A DNA stretch of 64,000 nucleotides from Nitrospirales bacterium (GTDB lineage Bacteria; Nitrospirota; Nitrospiria; Nitrospirales; UBA8639). Shown one piece after another: positions 27,595 to 41,700 of the stretch. The position numbers were made by a program, and so were the translations under genes. Where the stretch lies: NCBI GenBank assembly GCA_965203295.1, contig CBDBCZ010000017.1:2400001-2464000 (forward strand), read 5' to 3'. A model generated the notes under the pieces. It was not told the DNA's origin, made no database searches, and worked only from the letters and a program-made list of their open reading frames with translations. Position 1 is the stretch's first letter; each line of letters begins with the position of its first letter.

Positions 27595-29227
27595 TATATA
27601 TTATACAAACGCTTGCTGAGATGCGTTACAGGATTAGTTTCCTCGCGCTAAGGCGCTCGGCAATAATGACTATGCCATACTACATCCAAAGGGACCAAAA
27701 TTGGGCCAATTCTGCTGGAAGATGTAGCTGGGGGGGTGGGTCAATTTTCCAATGGTCCTGGGACCATTTCTTCCAGGACCAAGATGCCAGACACATCTGG
27801 ATTTTGTTGGAACTATATTATATAGGAAACCAGTTAGCCGCTATAAATTTCTTACTACATGTATTATATATTTCAGAGGGGGATCAGTGTGCAACTTGCT
27901 GTGTGCGTATAGATTTCTCTAACGTACAGCTTTACCTGTTAAGCTTCAGTCATACCATAGCCAACTCTTGTATCATTAGTTGCCTCCTTTCAAACAATTC
28001 ACAGCAGACAAGTACAAGCTAACTGTATAAATATGATTCTGCTATTGCAGGTCAATGTAACTTCATTGATGTTTTTCAACTACCATGACCACAGATGGAG
28101 ATAAGGTGCCTCACAGCAGCAGTGCTTCATCCTGCAGCTCCATGCAGAAGCAGTATCCCTATGACACAGGTGTCAATTTTTTAAGAAGTACAGTTTTGTT
28201 CAATATGCATGTATGCACAGTGTGTATTACATGAACATCGCAAACTCTTCAGCTTTCAGCTGAGCTACTTGCTATGTACGTGTACAGGTAGATGTAGCTG
28301 TAGACATGTCCATGTACATGTCAATTCTATACTGGAGGATGAATTAATTGCGAGAGTTTGTCACAGGAACGTGTATGTAGTGTGTAAACACTGTGCAAGT
28401 CAGACCACCTGTAAAGATATGGACAGGATCTCCAAATTGTGTGCAACTGCTAGCAACATTACAATATTGCCAGAGTAGTGACTCTTGAGTGGTCAACTAG
28501 CATAGAGTGATAAGTGTGGCTAGGCCTTAGTGTGAGATCATTATGGAGTATGTTGCAGAGCAGACCTGCACATCTGAACACTTTATTAGACCCCATCAGT
28601 TATCACTGTTTTTGGCTTTACTTTACTTTGGCTGTCTATAACACGACTACTGCTAACACATACCAGTGACTATCACCTTTTAACAAAATCCATAGTCACA
28701 ATATGTTACGCATGCATACGTATTGGCAACTGCCGTCAGCCAGTGATATGTATTTTTTAGATGCAGTTGCTAGCAGAGAAGCAGCCTCAAGCAACGTATT
28801 TCCTTCTTCTTTTTCGTTTAGCCCATTTCAATACAACTGTATCAGATCCCAGTTCTCCACAACAAGGAAGGAATAGGCACGGTAGGTTCGATTTGTTGGA
28901 ATGTAAGTCTGCACCATTGGTTTCATTTGAGTCGGACATTCAATACCGTTATTCTAGATCTGTGGTACATAAATTATTGGAAAGCAGAGCAAAAATATTG
29001 TAGAGACTGTGTATAGCTCTGAACTAACCCTGTCAAGGCTGCATGGGCATCATGCATATGAAACACACACACACATTTTTCATCTTTAGCTTGTAATAGA
29101 CTTTACTAGTTTGGGTTACTCTCTGCTGCATACTAATCGTGGCATGTTTAACTGTTCATGTTACATGTAGTTGTGGTGCTTTCACAGTTAGTTTCAAAGT
29201 AATGTATACAATGTTTTGCATACGTAG

Positions 29228-32200
29228 CTATGTTTCTATGGAGGAGCACCTGGAATCATGTGAAAATCTTTTGCAAGAAATGATATCTGGTGTAGAAATG
29301 CTGAAGAAACAGGTCTGTATCCCTTCAGACTGCCAGTATAAGCCTGTATGTATGTATGTAACTACGTACATGTATGTATGTTAATTACACATTTGGTCAA
29401 CAGCATGGGCAGGTGCATGTTGAAACTTACTTGCATACAAAGCATGTGGCATACTACGTTCTACTGTAGACCACACGTTTATCCAGAAAGGAGAGTCTGT
29501 GTCTACAGTACCATTCATACACTGCTATACATGCAGTATGTTAGAGCAAGTATGACTGTCTCATATTATGTCTACACTGCTGTACATGCAGCATGTTGTC
29601 TGTCATGTGATGTGGCTCAGCTTTAATGTGAAACGTGCTATGCAACATGCTTCCTTGGCAGTATTCTATTACCATAAGAGTGTATGGAACTTGCGAAATG
29701 TTATCCTGCTGACACTGAGAGCCAACTGCAGTCTGCTACTAGCCGTAGCTCTTCACTCCGGAAAGAGCTGATGGGCAAGGATGCCACTGTGACTTCACTG
29801 ACTCAGGAAAACCGGAGATTACAGGAGGAGAGCAAACTTTCTTCAAGGCGCTCCTCTCAACTGAAACAAGAGTGTAGAGAAAGACGTACATCTTATTAAT
29901 GCTTCCCTTCAAAAGCAGGTCAACATCATGTGCACTGTATACATATGTGTGTCATGTACATAACATTGGGTATGGTGATTCTGTGCACATACAGCTCTTG
30001 TATGCATGTACGTCTATGTTTGCACTGGGGCAATGTACATGTTCACACCTTCCGGATTTTAAAGGTATTGTTAACTTGAAGGCCTGGTACTCGGGCAAAA
30101 ACCCGGGACTATTTATGGCTACATGGCTGTTTTGTAGGTTTATCGTTCATGTATGTAACACTGTCAAGCTCTCATCTTCTCATTAGGTTGACAGCTTAAA
30201 TCACAAGATTTTTTAGAAGACCAAGTTTCTGAAGCAAAAGAGAGAGAGAGTAACCGTACTTGTTAATGCGAAACATAAAGGTATACATGCGAATATCCTT
30301 TTGTAAAATACTCTAATGTACTAGGCCGGGTTACGTATATCATATAACATTGATCGGTCGTTGGATAACAGTATGAATATGTACTCACCAACTGCTTTCA
30401 GGCTATGTTTGTCCATTACGAGGTGAGAAACATGTTGACCTCCAGTGATAATAGAATGAAGAAATATACTGTATGACAGCTTTTCAATCTCATGAATCAC
30501 TACTGAGAGCCACAGTCATGCCCATTGCTACATGGTGTGAGATTATATCGCAGGCTGGCTGCTTGAGAATAACTTGTTTATGCTATGCATATGTCATTGT
30601 GTATGGGTGCCGGTGTTATGTATACCCCTGTCGCGTGTGTATGCCTCTTGTGCATACAGATGTCCACTTTATGTGAGCAGCTGGTTACCCTAGCCTCCAA
30701 CGGGCTGTCTCAGAGCACTGACATTAGCCCTGAAACAGCTACTAGTGCTGTGACAACACTGGTGGAGGAGAACACACATCTGAAAGAGGACATTGAAAGA
30801 GTGACTCAACAACTACAGCAGGTTAGACTCTTGCCACATAGAGTTGTGTGTTTCTTGATGCTACTCCAGTAATCTACATTTCCATACACCATGTACGCAG
30901 AAAAACAGTGTGCACAGTGAAGCCCTCTCTGGGACTGTGGCTGCAATGAAACAGGATGAAGAGCAGAGGCTACTAAAGGTTGTAGAGACGACTAAACAGG
31001 AGGAGCAAGTAAGTGACATACAATCATTGTAATATGAGCATATCTCAGACTGGATATTGCATGCTGAGTCATGTACAATGCAAGCAGAACGTTAATAGAC
31101 GGATGCTCAGATTTGGTGTGTACGTACATGTAGATTAAATGTGTGTGGCTTGTAGAACAAAAATTAATAACCAATATTAGGGAATTTTTCGGCCTTTTAC
31201 AAGTCTGATTCAGAATAAGCATATCTTCTTTAGCCTAATTGTGTTTCCGAGAGTTTCTTGTACCCATGCAAGTGTTACTAGTGTTGTCCCAGTAGATCAA
31301 AGGCATTAGTGTGCTGGACAAAAGTGTTGTCACTGTTACATGTACATGCAAACATTCTCCAAACTGCCTACCTAAACCTTAACTCAAAGCCGCTTTCCTA
31401 ATGTCGAGAATAGCAGTTTGGAATCTACGTATTTAGCTAGTAGCATCTTAGTCTATCGAGCTAGACCCTCCTCTATGCTTAGCTAAGCGCAGAGGAGGGT
31501 CTAGCTCGATAGACTAGTAGCATCTAAAAAGATACTTGGCTGCTCTTCTGAAACGTGTAATGAAGCAGTAAGGGAATATGGGGTTTAAGTTGAGGTCTGG
31601 TACTAATGGTCTGAATGAAGAGATAGGAAGATAAAAATGATGATAGGCAGTGTTGGTTATATGGGAAAGAATGTGAGAGTGTAGTTCACGTGCTCCGACC
31701 GGCAATTCACAAGGACTGGGCACTCAATAGATTGAGTTTTTTTTGGTTGAGTGGCTAGCCAGCCCTCTGTGATAGTATCAATAACGTCTGATCAAGTGGC
31801 TGGTGAAGTTGTGTCGACATGTTAATATCTTCTTGTCTTTTATGGATTGTATAGAATGTTCACTTATGTTACAAAGATAATTTAATTCTATAACTAATGT
31901 AAGAAGAAAACTAGGAGAATAATATGGAGAATAGCAATAATCTCAAGCCTGTTAGGCATTCCTTTTCTCATCAGGATATTCTCAGGATCATGAACAGCCC
32001 CAACATAGTAGTATACACGTATGTATGTATCTATGTCTGTTACCAAGATGAGCAGCACTAATCCCTTCATCTTGAAGCCCTCTAACTTGGCTGGCCATGA
32101 TGCTAGTGTGTGTGTGTGGTGATGGCTGATACGTATACCTATTTTCCATTATGAAAGGTGAAATTAAACAGGCTTTTACTCCCCCAATGGACTGGATGAT

Positions 32201-35188
32201 TGGTGTATTGTTGCCCTTGATCATAGTGTTTATCCACCACTGGGCCAAAGTGCTTTACTAGTGATCCTAGTAGTTATGTATATGGACAATCTTCATTCTC
32301 ACCTTACCTGCCACGCTAGAATTTTTTCATCTGAAAGCAAGGATCTCTCCTGGCAGGCTGCTGGTGAATCACAGCTACACTAAATTGACACAGTATCCAG
32401 GACCATAGTCAGCTGATATGTGATACTTAGTCTACAATGAAAATGGCACTTCCCAAACAATTGAGTGCAACCTTGAAAATGGAATGTAGTGCATATGGGT
32501 GCACTCATTCCCTGGTTCAACTCCGCTGTTTTTATTCACATACATGTAGTAAACAGCACCTTTTGGCATTCTGTAAGCCACAGCAGCTGGTGTGGCGGCC
32601 AGGAACGAAGCTACGTAGGAATGTCCTTTTTTTAGTAGACAGTGTCAAAACAGTGCAGGTATTTCCTCTTATATTAAGAGGAGAAAAGAGTGTAGGGATA
32701 CACAGTCAAGGAGTTACTTTTTAGAGAGTGTAATCTTCTTCTAAACCCCTTCCCAATTACCTGCCTGCAATAGCCAAATACTACATGTAATAGTAAGTCC
32801 TGTGTACCATTCCCAGACCAGTAGTTCTTATATCTCGTGTGCCCAGACCTACTAATTATAATCACAAGTGCTACGGATACAAACCTGCTGTCTATGAGCC
32901 TCATCCACATGTAGTTGTGATTAGCAATCTGCCACATTTGAATATATTTATTGCTGTATAATTAACCTATAGAAGAACTCAGTTTTAGAGTGACTGTTGT
33001 ATGCAATGCAGGAGATGTATCAAAAGCAATTAGAGGAAATGAAGATACAACTGGAGCATGAAAAGGACGTTTCTCTGGAGGAAGAAAAGAGAAATACAGC
33101 TACTGTGATGGAGGAGCTGGAACAAGTAAAACAGGTACAACACAGCTAGTAGTATGTGCAGACAAACACCGGCCTGCACTACTGCATATTAACCTGGAGT
33201 GCATGACCTCTCCCAATATCATTATACAAGGAAAGAACGTTCGTGAAGTAAGTAGTTTAGACTGTACATAGTTATATATGCAATTTTCCTAGCAGCTGTC
33301 TACTACTGCAGCTATTTATCCCAATATTTAGTGAAGATTAATACTTCATTTCACTTCCAGGATAAGGAAGAAATGGAATTGGAATGTGAGGAGAGGAAGG
33401 CTCTTCAACTGAAGCTGGTAAGCCACATCTACCTTTGAGTATATCACTTCTGTCTCAGTACTGACTGCAATCAGCACAACTGTGCGTGTTTCTCAACTTG
33501 TAGTGTGTATCATTCTTTACTTAAAAGGCTTCTTCATTAAGACTAGGTGGTTGGAGCTAGTAACTTTGAAATAGAATTAATGCTAACTAGAGGTCTTCAA
33601 GAAGACATACCCCGCGCTGAATACTGAGACATAGGGCTAGCTGTGAATTACAGTCAATATTCCAATGGTTTTACAGTAGTGTCTGCACGTAGCTACGTTA
33701 TTATGCACTACTAATTCAGTGTCCAGAGTGTCTAGAACTACATGTACGTGTACTACAGCTTCTGTTATCTTGTTCACTATGTAATGTCAGTAATGACAGG
33801 ACTCTTCAACGACAATGAGCATATGTACATGCCGCAAGATACAGAGTGATAGACGCAAACAGTTACGTACTTGTAGAAGCTGTAGGCATATATCTATTCT
33901 CATTGATGGGTCGACACTTAATTACGTGTATATGATAATTATAATAATAGTGCGCATGCCCTTTGACCTGTCCCTAGTGGTACAGACATGCGGAAGTTGG
34001 CGAGAGTAACTGAAGTTTGAGGTTTATCACAAGCTGTATTGCTTTGGAGAGACACTCAAGATCTGGTGTATGATTTAACCTTCCGTCTCAGTCTATGAAA
34101 CTGGCCTCCGATAGTCACTTGGTCTTGTCACGAGACTAGTCCTCTAAACGATTGATTTCACAATAACACAATCACATATTTGGATCTGCCCAGCAAGCTG
34201 TAGGTGTGTCCCATTGCTGTATTAGCCAACACTGATAATCAGAAAAAATAAAAGCTACAGAAAATAGAATTACTTTGTGCTTTACCAGATGTATACAAGC
34301 TAAAGTATGATGAATTTATTAAGTTAATTCATGCTTTGAAATCATATACATGTAGCCTCTAAATCGCATATCATGAAGATATTTTAATATTTTTATGACA
34401 GACGGATGGACAAAACCAATTGCTTAACCCCCACTTGTGCATGTTTGGCGCAGGGTTTTATTATTTCCATACATGACAGGGTATATAAGCTTGCACATTA
34501 TGCATCCTGGACTTACATTTATTTCAAAGCTGCGTAATAGACACCCACTCTGACTAAATGTGACATAATACGTAATATATCACCTGACAATACCATTTTT
34601 TTGTGCTACAGTGCACTTTTACGTGTACGTACTAAGGGCACTTATTAACCAACCAAGTGTTTCCACACAGGAGAATCTGGAGGAAAGTCTGAGAGAACTT
34701 GCAGTGAGCAAATCAGAAGCTCTTGACGTTGCTGAGATGCAAAAGATTACATTAAAAGAAAAATTGCTTGCGGAAATCGCTTGCTATGAGGTAAGCAGTG
34801 TACCGGTATCATGTATGTGTACTTGTAGAGTGAATAGAAAAGGTGTGCAATGTCCAATCTAACTGCACAATTTAACAACTGATTGGAAAACAGAGTTGTT
34901 GTTGGTGGCAGCTGTTTGTTGACACGGGTCAAAATCATGGACCGTATCTTTCCATTGGTAAAGTCATGTACATACATACTTTTTCATATTGTGGTCTGGA
35001 TGTTCTACATGTGCAGGAACAGTCTGACCAGTATGCAGTCACTATAGCTGCAATGGAAGAAAAGCTGCTGACCCTAATGAAGAAGTCCCAACTGTTAGAA
35101 AAGAAGAATGAGAGCCTGTAACAGCAAATGGCTTTGCATCAGCAAGAAGCCAGTTATTCAGAAAAGAGAGGCACTGCTACATGTACAG
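29228..35188 (+). pseudogene. FHAD1: FHAD1-like segment, copy 2
   Basis: Same exons as copy 1, with a lost acceptor at ~29705, a 4-bp insertion at ~29893, deletions at ~30116 and ~30910, and the same premature TAA. Confidence 0.7.
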
Positions 35189-38100
35189 GTAATAATGAAT
35201 GTGTACACATCTATGGGTACCAATACAGACATTCATTGCAGTATGGATACTTGAATCTAACGCTCCATTTTGCGTTCATGATCATGGACCATTGATCCTT
35301 GCACACGTGTAGGTATGTTCATACAGCGCACTGCCCAGAGTTGTAACCATAGACAAACATTCTGTTTTCAACTTGGGTCATTTGTGATGCACGTACGCGT
35401 AGCTTGCTATGCATGTTTTAATTGAATGCGTGAAAAATCTCCCAGATACAACAATACATGTACATGTAATAAAGGCCTAACTAGTTCCACTACTTTAGCT
35501 AGGTAGCTCAGAGTGGGTTATGAGGTGACCATGGATCTGAGTCCAGATAACATGTACATGTACAGAGGGGAGTGGGGGTTTACAAGAAATTATTTCGAAA
35601 TTCTCTTGGGGCCATACTCGCCCGTATGAAAGCCTTGTGTGTGTGTGCGTGCGTGCGTGCGTGCGTGTGTGAAAAATCACAATTTTCGTTAAATAGAAGA
35701 AAATATAAGTTAAATATCACGGTTACACTTAAATACTTAGTCTAATATCACATTTTGCTATTCATACTTCATCAGTAGCAAACTCATCTACTCACGATCA
35801 ACTTGCAGCAGTGCATGCTATTATGTAGATGTGTGGTATATTGTCAAATCAGTGTGATCATAGATAGTGACGCCTTCAACTGACGTGATCTTCATTAGCT
35901 CCCAGCATTAAAAAGCCAAACTTGTCAACATGAAATACAATTTTATCTACACATCATCAGCTTAATCGCAACAGTTTATTTTGCTTGTAAAACTGTGTTT
36001 GAAGTGTTCCTGTGAAAAAGCATCCCTGTTTTTAGTGTTTCCTGGATGGGTATCAGTGATGGGGCCAGAGTGTGGGTGGGGCTTTAACAGATGAAGATAT
36101 TTTGCATTCTAGCTACAAATGTTAAATTTATGCATTATTAAGCAGAGGGCATGGTGTAAATTTGTTCCGCGCAATCTAGGAATTTGCGTAATCTCGAGAT
36201 TGTGTTGCGCACTCTCAGAATCCTGAAATAATTGCTTTCCAAGCTACTCAAGATTTAGAATGGACACATATATACTCCTAGTGCATGCTTGTGCAGTTCA
36301 TGCAATTTCCAGTTGGGTTAGACTACTGTGGTTCTCTTTAATTGATGATGTGGGGATATCAACTTTGGCTACCACATTTGGGTTTTGATGGCTCCAGATT
36401 GCATGCAAATTAACATTTCTGGGGGAGTATACGTATGGCTGAGACTGCCAATGCATGCATGCATCGATCGTTGCCCCGACCCCACAACAGCACAGCCACC
36501 CCCTACAAAGAACACGTAATCCTGGGGTGTAGTACTGACCTTCATCTGTGAGCACTGTACATATACATGCACCTAGAGGAGCCCATGCTTATGAACAGCT
36601 CTGGTATGTGTACCTGAGAAAGTATAGCGGCCTGACAAAACTATTGGTGTGGCGTATGTGTATGAATGACTCTATATAAGTCGAAGAGACAAACAATTTG
36701 GAACAGGTTCTCACATTATCACACTAACTAAATCCCTACTGTTGGGTTTAGCAATCACTTCTTCTTGTAAATGGGACTGCTGGACAGACAGACGGACGCA
36801 GACAGACAGATAGACGGACAGACCCAATTGCTTAACCCTGTCACACGCATGTGGGGTAATGACCCTTCTCCACCCAGTTAAGCTGTATTGATCACAAAAT
36901 GCTGCATCACGTGAGGTTATTGCACTGCTTTCGATTGAGTATAAAGCAGCTACATGTAGTTGAACATCTTCTAAAAACACCAACTACATGTACATTGAAT
37001 ATGCCTGTATGTCTTTGATGAGTATTTCCTTCACTAAGTACTCAGGTAAGTACTGAGTGACTGATTTTTCTTTCCAAACTGAATATCCATTCCTACTTTG
37101 TGCAGCGCAATCCTAAGTTTGCGCAACTTCCTGGTTTGCGCGGAACATATATATTATACAAATGCTTGCTGAGATGCGTTACAGGATTAGTTTCCTCGCG
37201 CTAAGGCGCTCGGCAATAATAACTATGCCATACTCCATCCAAATCTGCTGGAAGATGTAGCTGGGGGGAGGGGGGGTCAATTTTCCAATGGTCCTGGGAC
37301 CATTTCTTCCAGGACCAAGATGCCAGACACATCTGGATTTTGTTGGAACTATATTATATAGGAAACCAGTTAGCCGCTATAAATTTCTTACTACATGTAT
37401 TATATATTTCAGAGGGGGATCAGTGTGCAACTTGCTGTGTGGGTATAGATTTCTCTAACGTACAGCTTTACTTGTTAAGCTTCAGCCATACCATAGCCAA
37501 CTCTTGTATCATGAGTTGCCTCCTTTCAAACAATTCACAGCAGACAAGTACAAGCTAGCTGTATAAATATGATTCTGCTATTGCAGGTCAATGTAACTTT
37601 ATTGATGTTTTTCAACTACCATGACCACAGATGGAGATAAGGTGCCTCACAGCAGCAGTGCTTCATCCTTCAGCTCCATGCAGAAGCAGTATCCCTACGA
37701 CACAGGTGTCAATTTTTTAAAAAGTACAGTTTTGTTCAATATGCATGTATGCACAGTGTGTATTACATGTACGCACAGTGTGTATTACATGTACATCGCA
37801 AACTCTTCAGCTTTCAGCTGAGCTACTTGCTATGTACGTGTACAGGTAGATGTAGCTGTAGACATGTCCATGTACATGTCAATTCTATACTGGAGGATGA
37901 ATTAATTGCGAGAGTTTGTCACAGGAACGTGTATGTAGTGTGTAAACACTGTGCAAGTCAGACCACATGTAAAGATATGGACAGGATCTCCAAATTGTGT
38001 GCAACTGCTAGCAACATTACAATATTGCCAGAGTAGTGACTCTTGAGTGGTCAGCTAGCATGGAGTGATAAGTGTGGCTAGGCCTTAGTGTGAGATCATT

Positions 38101-38789
38101 ATGGAGTATGTTGCAGAGCAGACCTGCACATCTGAACACTTTATTAGACCCCATCAGTTATCACTGTCTTTGGCTTTACTTTACTTTAGCTGTCTATAAC
38201 ACGACTACTGCTAACACATACCAGTGACTATCACCTTTTAACAAAATCCATAGTCACAGTCTGTTACGCATGCATACGTATTGGCAACTGCCGTCAGCCA
38301 GTGATATGTATTTTTTAGATCCAGTTGCTAGCATGCAGAGAAGCAGCCTCAAGCAACGTATTTCCTTCTTCTTTTTCGTTTAGCCCATTTCAATACAACT
38401 GTATCAGATCCCAGTTCTCCACACCAAGGAAGGAATAGGCACGGTAGGTTCGATTTGTTGGAATGTAAGTCTGCACTATTGGTTTCATTTGAGTCGGACA
38501 TTCAATACCATTATTCTAGATCTGTGGTACATAAATTATTGGAAAGCAGAGCAGAAATATTGTAGAGACTGTGTATAGCTCTGAACTAACCCTGTCAAGG
38601 CTACATGGGCATCATGCATATGACACACACACACACATTTTTCATCTTTAGCTTGTAATAGACTTTACTAGTTTGGGTTACTCTCTGCTGCAGACTAATC
38701 GTTTCATGTTTCACTGTTCATGTTACATGTAGTTGTGGTGCTTTCACAGTTAGTTTCAAAGTAATGTATACAATGTTTTGCATACGTAG

Positions 38790-41700
38790 CTATGTTTCTA
38801 TGGAGGAGCACCTGGAATCATGTGAAAATCTTTTGCAAGAAATGATATCTGGTGTAGAAATGCTGAAGAAACAGGTCTGTATCACTTCAGACTGCCAGTA
38901 TAAACCTGTATGTATGTAAGTACCTACGTACATGTATGTATGTTAATTACACATTTGGTCAACAGCATGGGCAGGTGCATGTTGAAGCTTACTTGCATAC
39001 AAAGCATGTGGCATACTACGTTCTACTGTAGACCACACGTTTATCCAGAAAGGAGCGTCTGTGTCTACAGTACCATTCATACACTGCTATACATGCAGTA
39101 TGTTAGAGCAAGTATGACTGTCTCATATTATGTCTACACTGCTGTACATGCAGCATGTATGACTATCACGTGATGTGGCTCAGCTTTAATGTGAAACGTA
39201 CTACGTAACATGCTTCCTTGGCAGTATTCTATTACCATAAGAGTGTATGGAACTTGTGAAATGTTATCTTTAACAGCTAGCTGACACTGAGAGCCAACTG
39301 CAGTCTGCTACTTGCCGTAGCTCTCACTCCGGAAAGAGCTGATGGGCAAAGATGCCACTGTGACTTCACTGACTCAGGAAAACCGGAGATTACAGGAGGA
39401 GAGCAAACTTTCTTCAAGGCGCTCCTCTCAACTGAAACAAGAGTGTAGAGAAAGACGTACATCTTATTAATGCTTCCCTTCAAAAGCAGGTCAACATCAT
39501 GTGCACTGTATACATATGTGTGTCATGTACATAACATTGGGTATGGTGATTCTGTGCACATACAGCTCTTGTATGCATGTACGTCTATGTTTGGACTAGG
39601 GCAATGTACATGTTCACACCTTCCGGATTTTAAAGGTATTGTTAACTTGAAGGCCTGGTACTCGGGCAATAACCCGGGACTATTTATTTGAATTATAAGT
39701 GCCCAGTTACGCTTACCAGAAGATTGTGTTAGCAGTAAAGAAGCTACTTTACTGTATCATACCTCCTAAAACCAGAGCCCAGCTGGGAGTTGAACCCAAG
39801 ACCTTCTGATTGTTAGTCGATAGGCAAGTTTTATACGTTGCTACTAAACCCACTAGAAGCACTCTCCAATATGACCTGCCAATTCTAACTGTAATTACTC
39901 TCTTAAGATAGTATCATGCAGCACCCATGTATGTGTTGCTGTTCTCTTCTGTTATTATGTTTCATGTTGCATACATACAACAGGTGAAAAGTTGACAGAA
40001 CTAAATAATGATCTTCAAAGGTAAATGTGTAGAAAGTAACTGTCAATTATTGGAGTATGGAGAAACAGGATGTTCAAATCATATGTAGTATTCTGAATCA
40101 CTACGATGCACACTTAGTAATACATTTAATATGCTTTCAACACTTGATATGCTGTGATTCACTCTCACTTGCTGTCAGTGAGTATGTCTTGAGCTTGTAA
40201 AGTACAGTAGAACAGTAATGCAATTTCACCGGTTTCCAAAGCTATACTTCCAGCTGCTGCGGTGCATATGTATATGTGTGGGTGTCCAAACTTACGTAAC
40301 AATAGATGTTAGATTTATGCACCGTGCACTGTCTTCTTTGCTACTGTACATGACTGTGTATTAATACATATTTGTAATATGATTTTGCGAATGATATTCA
40401 GCTTCCTGTTCTTTAGAGATTAAAACAAAGCCAAGCTAATGAAGAGAAGCTCAGCGGTAAAACTTACCAAGAAGATAAAAGACGACGCTACTGCTAAACA
40501 GGTAAGTAGTATTAAATTGAAACCACATGGCTGTTTTGTAGGTTTATCGTTCATGTATGTAACACTGTCAAGCTCTCATCTTCTCATTAGGTTGACAGCT
40601 TAAATCACAAGATTTTTTAGAAGACCAAGTTTCTGAAGCAAAAGAGAGAGAGAGTAACCGTACTTGCTAATGCGAAACATAAGGTACACATGCGAAAATC
40701 CTTTTGTAAAATACTCTAATGTACTAGGCCGGGTTACGTATATCATATAACATTGATCGGTCGTTGGATAGTATGAATATGTACTCACCAACTGCTTTCA
40801 GGCTATGTTTGTCCATTACGAGGTGAGAAACATGTTGACCTCCAGTGATAATAGAATGAAGAAATATACTCTATGACAGCTTTTCAATCTCATGAATCAC
40901 TACTGAGAGCCACAGTCATGCCCATTGCTACATGGTGTGAGATTATATCGCAGGCTGGCTGCTTGAGAATAACTTGTTTATGCTATGCATATGTCATTGT
41001 GTATGGGTGCCGGTGTTATGTATACCCCTGTCGCGTGTGTATGCCTCTTGTGCATACAGATGTCCACTTTATGTGAGCAGCTGTTTACCCTAGCCTCCAA
41101 CGGGCTGTCTCAGAGCACTGACATCAGCCCTGAAGCAGCTACTAGTGCTGTGACAACACTGGTGGAGGAGAACACACATCTGAAAGAGGACATTGAAAGA
41201 GTGACTCAACAACTACAGCAGGTTAGACTCTTGCCACATAGAGTTGTGTGTTTCTTGATGCTACTCCAGTAATCTACATTTCCATACACCATGTACGCAG
41301 AAAAACAGTGTACATATTTATTGTATACATATATACCTACATCATTCATTCATTTCTGGAGCACTGTGTTCTGCAAAAAATCAGTAACACACTGTATAAG
41401 TGTATAAGTATGGCAAAGAAGCAGAGGTGCAGGTGTATACGCAGGAAATATGGTTAAGAATCATTGCTGTTGTTGCTGGTGGTAATAGAAAATCTCTCTG
41501 CATAAACAAACTGATTCATGCATCATCGAACACACTTTGGGAAGTAAAGGTTCCATAGCCTGCAGCATATATATTGAGATCTACGACTGAAATATTCCTT
41601 AATCTTTAGTATAATATACACTCCAGGCCCTATGTTATGGCAGTACTATAATTATAGTAACTACGTATACAGGCACGTATGTATTTTAGTTACTGCGTAT